From Octopus vulgaris (Eukaryota), in NCBI GenBank assembly GCA_951406725.2, contig OX597821.1, forward strand, positions 102,920,001-102,984,000: DNA of 64,000 nucleotides, given 5' to 3'. Numbering within the stretch: the stretch's first letter is position 1; every line of letters begins with the position of its first letter. The notes beneath the pieces are model-generated. The model saw only the letters and a program-made list of their open reading frames with translations, searched no databases and was not told the origin of the DNA. The translations under genes were made by a program, and so were the position numbers. Shown one piece after another: positions 57,673-64,000 of this stretch.

Positions 57673-59046
57673 TTTCGACACTTTACCTTCCAACGTGGTC
57701 AGCTTTGCTTTTCAACTCTCCAGCGTCGTTAAAGCAAAATACCCGCCAGATATTTGGATCGATGGTATGACTGCCCCACCCAACCATTCGCCATTTAAAT
57801 CTGCTGGCCTTGTCCCTAAATTAAAAACAAAATTTTTTATTCAGTACCAGCATCAGTTCTTGTGCTCTTGGGTTCGTTGTTGACGTCACTAGTTTCTGTT
57901 GGTTGTTTGTTTTCTCTGCATCTGGCCATGTGATATTGATCTCTTTCATGTCGGTTATGAATGTTCTGCGCATATAATTTTCGGTCATCCCCCACCCCAC
58001 CCCTTCCAGTGGTTTACAAAAAGCGTTGTCCTGGTAACCTGAGTATGTGACCTGCTAGATTTAATCTTCGTTCTGCGATGATTTCGCTAAGTGGTTTAGT
58101 GTTGGTTCCCTTTGGAATGCCTTCACTGGTTATGTGATCTTGCCATTATGTTCTCAGAATACTTGTCAAGCAACTTTGGAGGACAACATCCGGTTTCTGT
58201 CGATTTTTACTGTATTTTTCATTGTCTCACTAGCACCAGAAAACTGTTTGTAAAACCAAGCTAAGACACAACTAGATCTTTGAGTGTGAGCTGATGGAAT
58301 TTTTGTATTAATAATAGATAGCAATTTTCGTCTGTCTTTACGTTCTGAGTTCAAATTCCACCGAGGTCGACTTTGCCTTTCATCCTTTCGGAGTGGATCA
58401 ATTAAGTACCAGTTGCGTACTGGAGTCGATCCAATCAACTGGCCTCCCCCACAAAAAAATTTCGGGCCTTGTGCTTAGAGTAGAAAAGAATGTATAGCAA
58501 TTTATAAGTAGGGCTTCCCTGACTCATGGAATGTATTTTAGGAGTTCCGCAAGAGTTTAAAATGTTGGGAAACACGGCTTTAACGACTCCATCGTTAATT
58601 CGCTATCCTAACCATACACCGAATTCCCCCGTTCCTCCATTCTCATACAAAATATATTTTCCCTAGATGAGTTCCGAGCGCCGTTGAGCAAGACGCCATA
58701 AACATTCTAGTTGGTCGCAATGTTATGATTTATTTCCTTATCGGTTTCTTTAGCAATAGAGCTTAGTCATCCATAACTTCCTCGTTTTTATTCTTGTTTT
58801 CTTGTTTGACATTCTACCACATTCGGCGTCCGGTCTTCCAGAACAATAACCAGCCGTCACTCATGTCTAACTTTGCATCACCACGTCGTTTCAGTCATGG
58901 CTTTTACGAGGCATTTCCTTTCTTTTTTCGTTTCTTTTCGTTTGCAATTGATAATCATCATCATCATCATCATCATCGTCGTCGTCGTCGTCATCATCAT
59001 CATCATCATCATCATCGTCATCGTCATCGTCATCGTTATCGTCGTA

Positions 59047-59080
<34 letters not shown>

Positions 59081-59654
59081 CCGACGTCGCGGTTCTCGTC
59101 GTCTTCTTCATCTCATTCTTCCTCTTCTTATTCTTTTATGCTTTTCCTTCTTCTTTGACAATCATCACGTAAATGAAGAGAGTAGTGATGGAAGTGGAGG
59201 GAGGCGGTGGCGGGGTTTATCGGTGGTGGCGACAGCAGTAGCTGAAAGGATGGTGGTGAGGTTGAAGGTGGTGGTACTGAAAGTAATGACACTGACATTC
59301 ATATATATATATATATATATGTCGTTCAATGCTCGAAATAAGGAGTAGAAGGACAACCGGCAACTGATGAAGGGTCGTTCTTTATGTTACTTGTCTTGAT
59401 TTCCATTTGTCCCTCTTGTTGTTTGCGTACCCAACTTAATTTTTGAATTTCATGTTAAGTTTTGTGACGACCTGTACCCATATGCATATCTATATACATA
59501 TATTATGCATATCTATATACATATATTATGCATATCTATATACATGTATTATATACATATCTATATACATATATTATACATATATATATTTGTATGTACA
59601 TATATGTATGTATATATGCATATATTATATATATACATATATATATACACATAA

Positions 59655-59702
<48 letters not shown>

Positions 59703-59703
59703 A

Positions 59704-59795
<92 letters not shown>

Positions 59796-60358
59796 ATATG
59801 AAAATTGTATCGCAGTGAGATGAAAATCATCTAACACAACTGACAAAGCAAAAGGAAATACCCCCTCCGTCACTACACACAAATACATACACACGCACGA
59901 ACCACCGCTTTCAACCAATAAAAAAGTAACCCTTCCAAAATAAGCAACAAACAAACAAACAAACAAATAAAATAAAAATAAATATTTTGAAACGGAAAAA
60001 CAGAAAAGAGATTTTTTTTTTCATGTTTGTTATTGAGGTGACATATATCAGTAAGCATCGTGTTCAATGCCATCATTTGAAAAGAGAGCAGGGCATAAGC
60101 TTTATAGCTTTGCATCAATGTTTCCTTTTTGATTGTGTGAGAGCATGCGTTTGGTGCTGTTATTGTTGATGTTGTTGTCGTTGTGATGTTGCGTAGCTTC
60201 CATATTTTTTTTTTAACTCTGTGAACTGCAATTGTTTCGTCATAGCGGCTAAAACATCATTACGAAAACAAACATATACAGAAACACACACAAAGACGCA
60301 CATACAAGTATATGCATATAATGCATATATATACATACACACATACATATATATATAC

Positions 60359-60406
<48 letters not shown>

Positions 60407-60449
60407 GTATATATATATATGTATATGTATATGTATACATATATACGTG

Positions 60450-60490
<41 letters not shown>

Positions 60491-60573
60491 GTATATATAA
60501 GTACATATATTATATATATATATACATACGTATATATATATGTATACATACATATATATATATATACATATAA

Positions 60574-60604
<31 letters not shown>

Positions 60605-60946
60605 TTTTATCTTTTACTTGTTTCAGTCATTAGACTGCAGCCAGACTGGGGCACCGCCTTTTAGTCAAATGAATCAGTCCCAGTATTTAATTGTTTTGCG
60701 ATGTATGGTTCTTAGTCTATCGGGTTCTTTTCAAGAACTGCTAAGTTACGTGGACGTGAATACATCAACACCGGTTGTCAAACACAGACACAAAGACACA
60801 CTCACATATATGTGTGTGTATGTGTGTGTATGTGTGTGTGTGTGTGTGCGTTAGTATGCATGAATATTTGTGTGTATGTATATACATATATATGTATGTA
60901 TATATATATTTATGCACACACATATATACATACATACATACATCCT

Positions 60947-60983
<37 letters not shown>

Positions 60984-61017
60984 GCACATACATATACATA
61001 CATACATAGATACATAC

Positions 61018-61067
<50 letters not shown>

Positions 61068-61547
61068 GCATTTATATACATGTGAGTGTATGTAGAAACT
61101 GACTGACAAGATGACGGACATACAGAAAGATAGAATCTTTTCTCTAAAACATATTTACTTAGGCACGCACACACACGCACACATACACATACACACACTC
61201 ACACAAGCAAATACCGTCCTCGTGGTATATACGTATCCAGATGTATGTGTGTATGTATGTGTGAACGTATGTGCGGACACGTGTGTGTGTGTGTGTGTGT
61301 GTGTCTGCTTCCATACGTAACAACTGTTATATAGTCGCAAGTCGAAGATTTATGCTTCTCTACAATAACTTTCTCATGGGAAATTAGGTCATATCGTCCC
61401 CTTTGGGGTTCTGGAACTGTTTAGATATCGTTATAGAGTAAACCCCCGTTTTTTGGTGGGGAACAAGTAACAGGAAGGTGGGAATTAGGATAATTAAAAC
61501 ATCTCAACAACAACCTGTCTGTTAGGAGGGACCAATGTGTTTGCACA

Positions 61548-61670
<123 letters not shown>

Positions 61671-61716
61671 GATAAATATATATATACTTATACATACATA
61701 CATACATACTTACACA

Positions 61717-61756
<40 letters not shown>

Positions 61757-62211
61757 CTTATATATATGTGTGTGTGTGTGTGTGTGATTTTGTATGTGTG
61801 TGTCTTTATATATGTATGTATGTATGAATATAGGTCTGTGTGCATGCTTGTATGTGTATGTATGTATGAATGTATGTATGTATGCAAGCCTGTGTGTATG
61901 TATGTATATATGTAAGCATGTTTATATTTATGTAATTCTGTGAATATCTTGGTATGTATATGTGTGTGTACATCATTTCGCTATCCATCTATCTATGTAT
62001 CTGTCTGCCTGACTGTCTGTCTGTCTGTCTGCTTGTCTGTTTGTGTGTGTGTGTGTGTGTGTGAGTGTGTTTGCAATGGGGGTTTGAGTGTGCATTAAAT
62101 ACACGAATATGTGTGTATAAATGCGTGTCTTTTGTGAGGAAGCGTTTGTGGTGTGATAAGAAGCTTGCTTCCCAACCACATGGTTCCGGGTTCAGTCCCG
62201 TGAAAGTGCGT

Positions 62212-62298
<87 letters not shown>

Positions 62299-62301
<3 letters not shown>

Positions 62302-62510
62302 AATCCAAACATGAACAAAGAGAAAACAAAACAACGCGAGGACGTGGTACAAGTGTTTATTGGACGCCGAGGAAAGGAATGAAAGAAGGAGGATTTAACG
62401 TTTCGAGTGGAGCTCTTCGTCAGAAATATAGAAAAAAGGAAAATTCCAAGGAGGGGAAGACGGAGAAAGAAAATCGCCAACGATACACGCGCGGTTACAT
62501 ATTGAAAATG
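62299..62510 (-). mobile_element. family B (TA)n-associated element with hammerhead at 62393-62427
   Basis: attt-CTGACGA-a-gag-ctcca-ctc-GAAAC-GTT-aaat; homologous to 35485-35680. Confidence 0.7.
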
Positions 62511-63266
62511 AATACGTATATAACGGACCTCACTTAGCTTCCGTCTACACAATCCACTCACAGGTATTTGGTTAGTCCGGGTCTGAAGAAGAAGACATTT
62601 GCTCAAGATATTGTACATTAGGACAGGAATTGAAACCACATGGTTTCAAGGTGAGCTTGTTAACCACACAGACATGCTTCCGGGTATGGTAAGACTTTAG
62701 GTAACGTCTTGATCTGAATGCAGTGACGTCATTCATATATAATTTCTGTAATCGCTATCTCGATATTTAAAGGTGAGAGGAAAAAATAATACTCATCGTT
62801 TATTCTATGATATCCACAGATTATGTTGCTGTAGATCATGAGATATTTTGAGTTAGCTTGTGTTTATTCTTAAGGAATTAAAAGAGTTTATCAGAAATCG
62901 AGAAAGGAAGAGAAAAAAACCGTATCACATTAATCAAAATGCCAGAAGACCTAAAAGATATTTCACATTTTTCAGGAATAAAGTTTACGTAAGATTAGCT
63001 TAATGGAAGAGAGATTATAAAGAAGAGGTGGATAAAAATCATGTTCTACATATTAAATGGAAGTTTTTAGATAGAGAGGCGCACAAGTAGCTACGTGGTT
63101 AAGAAAACCGCTTTGCAACAACCTGGGTTCGGTTTCAATCCCAATGCGCGGCAACTTGGGCAAGCGTCCTCAACTATAGTCTTGAGGTGCCTTTTTAGTG
63201 AATTTGGAAGATGAAAACTGTGTTGAATCCGGTTGTATGCATATATATATATATATATATATATAT

Positions 63267-63540
63267 ACCAATTAAGGATTGAACACGAAAAGTGGACAGT
63301 CAACATGCTAGATATAGACGTCAAATCGCCATTCACCACAAAAGATTATGTTCTCGAGAACATAATCTTTTGTGGTGAATGGCGATTTGACGTCTATATC
63401 TAGCATGTTGACTGTCCACTTTTCGTGTTCAGTCCTTAATTGGTATATATAAATATTTTAATCTTCGGATTCTTTTTTAATATGCTAGACCACTGGTCTT
63501 AATTGATAAATATCAATTTCTACCCTTAATTAATTTTATA
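63267..63540 (+). mobile_element. (TA)n-embedded spacerless palindrome + tail element (family H)
   Basis: 178-bp palindrome 63267-63444 centred on ttctc|gagaa with one mismatch, then a ~90 bp tail and (TA)n. Confidence 0.75.
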
Positions 63541-63554
63541 TATATATATATATA

Positions 63555-64000
63555 CTAGCAGTATTGCCCGGCGTTGCTCGGGTTTGTAAGGGAAATAACT
63601 ATATAAGCATTTTTAGAGAGTTATAGCAAAAAAATGCATTAAAAATGGAATAAAAAATGATGATAATTTTTTTTTAAATCGTTGACTCAGTGTCTTCAAG
63701 CCATGAAGTCGTTGTTCTAAAAGAACGCTGGTTTCCTTAACAACGCATTACGACGTTGATTTCTTTACACTCCCTTCCCCACAGCTTCACGAGGGAGGGA
63801 AGGGGGAGAAGCAAACAGGTGCAGCTGTGAGCGTGGACGCCAACTCCGCCGCTATCGACACACGATGCATTTTATGCATTAAAATGGAATAAAAAATGAT
63901 GTTAAATTATTTTTAAAATCGTAGACTCATCGTTGACGCGCGCTAATAGTCAGACGGGCTCGATATGAATCACGACTATAAGATACCCGAATTTGGTTAA
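63555..64000 (-). mobile_element. Helitron-like element, 3' end
   Basis: Minus strand ends cccgagcaacgccgggcaatactgCTAG (hairpin + CTAG); internal repeat atgcattaaaatggaataaaaaatgatg. Confidence 0.6.

Overview
AT-rich, microsatellite-saturated animal genomic DNA. The SINE, MITE and simple-repeat landscape looks like an Octopus genome (inference). Nearly all ORFs in the supplied track are simple-repeat artefacts. The only well-supported host gene is a minus-strand Nrk/MuSK/ROR-family receptor tyrosine kinase. Three GT-AG exons (28354-28097, 15054-14855, 2610-2368) splice in frame to give a Frizzled-type CRD followed by a kringle domain, and the TM/kinase exons must lie left of the window. The rest is intronic or upstream sequence containing tRNA-derived SINEs, RLE-type LINE remnants (HERO-like, R4/Dong-like), mariner, hAT and Helitron non-autonomous elements, and long microsatellites. 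The most interesting signal is about 15 short elements, mostly embedded in (TA)n or (TAA)n, that carry minimal hammerhead-ribozyme motifs with covarying stems. Several form long fold-back palindromes with a tail, and three sit in a same-strand cluster (Penelope pLTR / retrozyme-like). There is also an RTE-derived short element with a candidate HDV-like ribozyme at its 5' end. All family assignments come from motif recognition by eye, with no database search.
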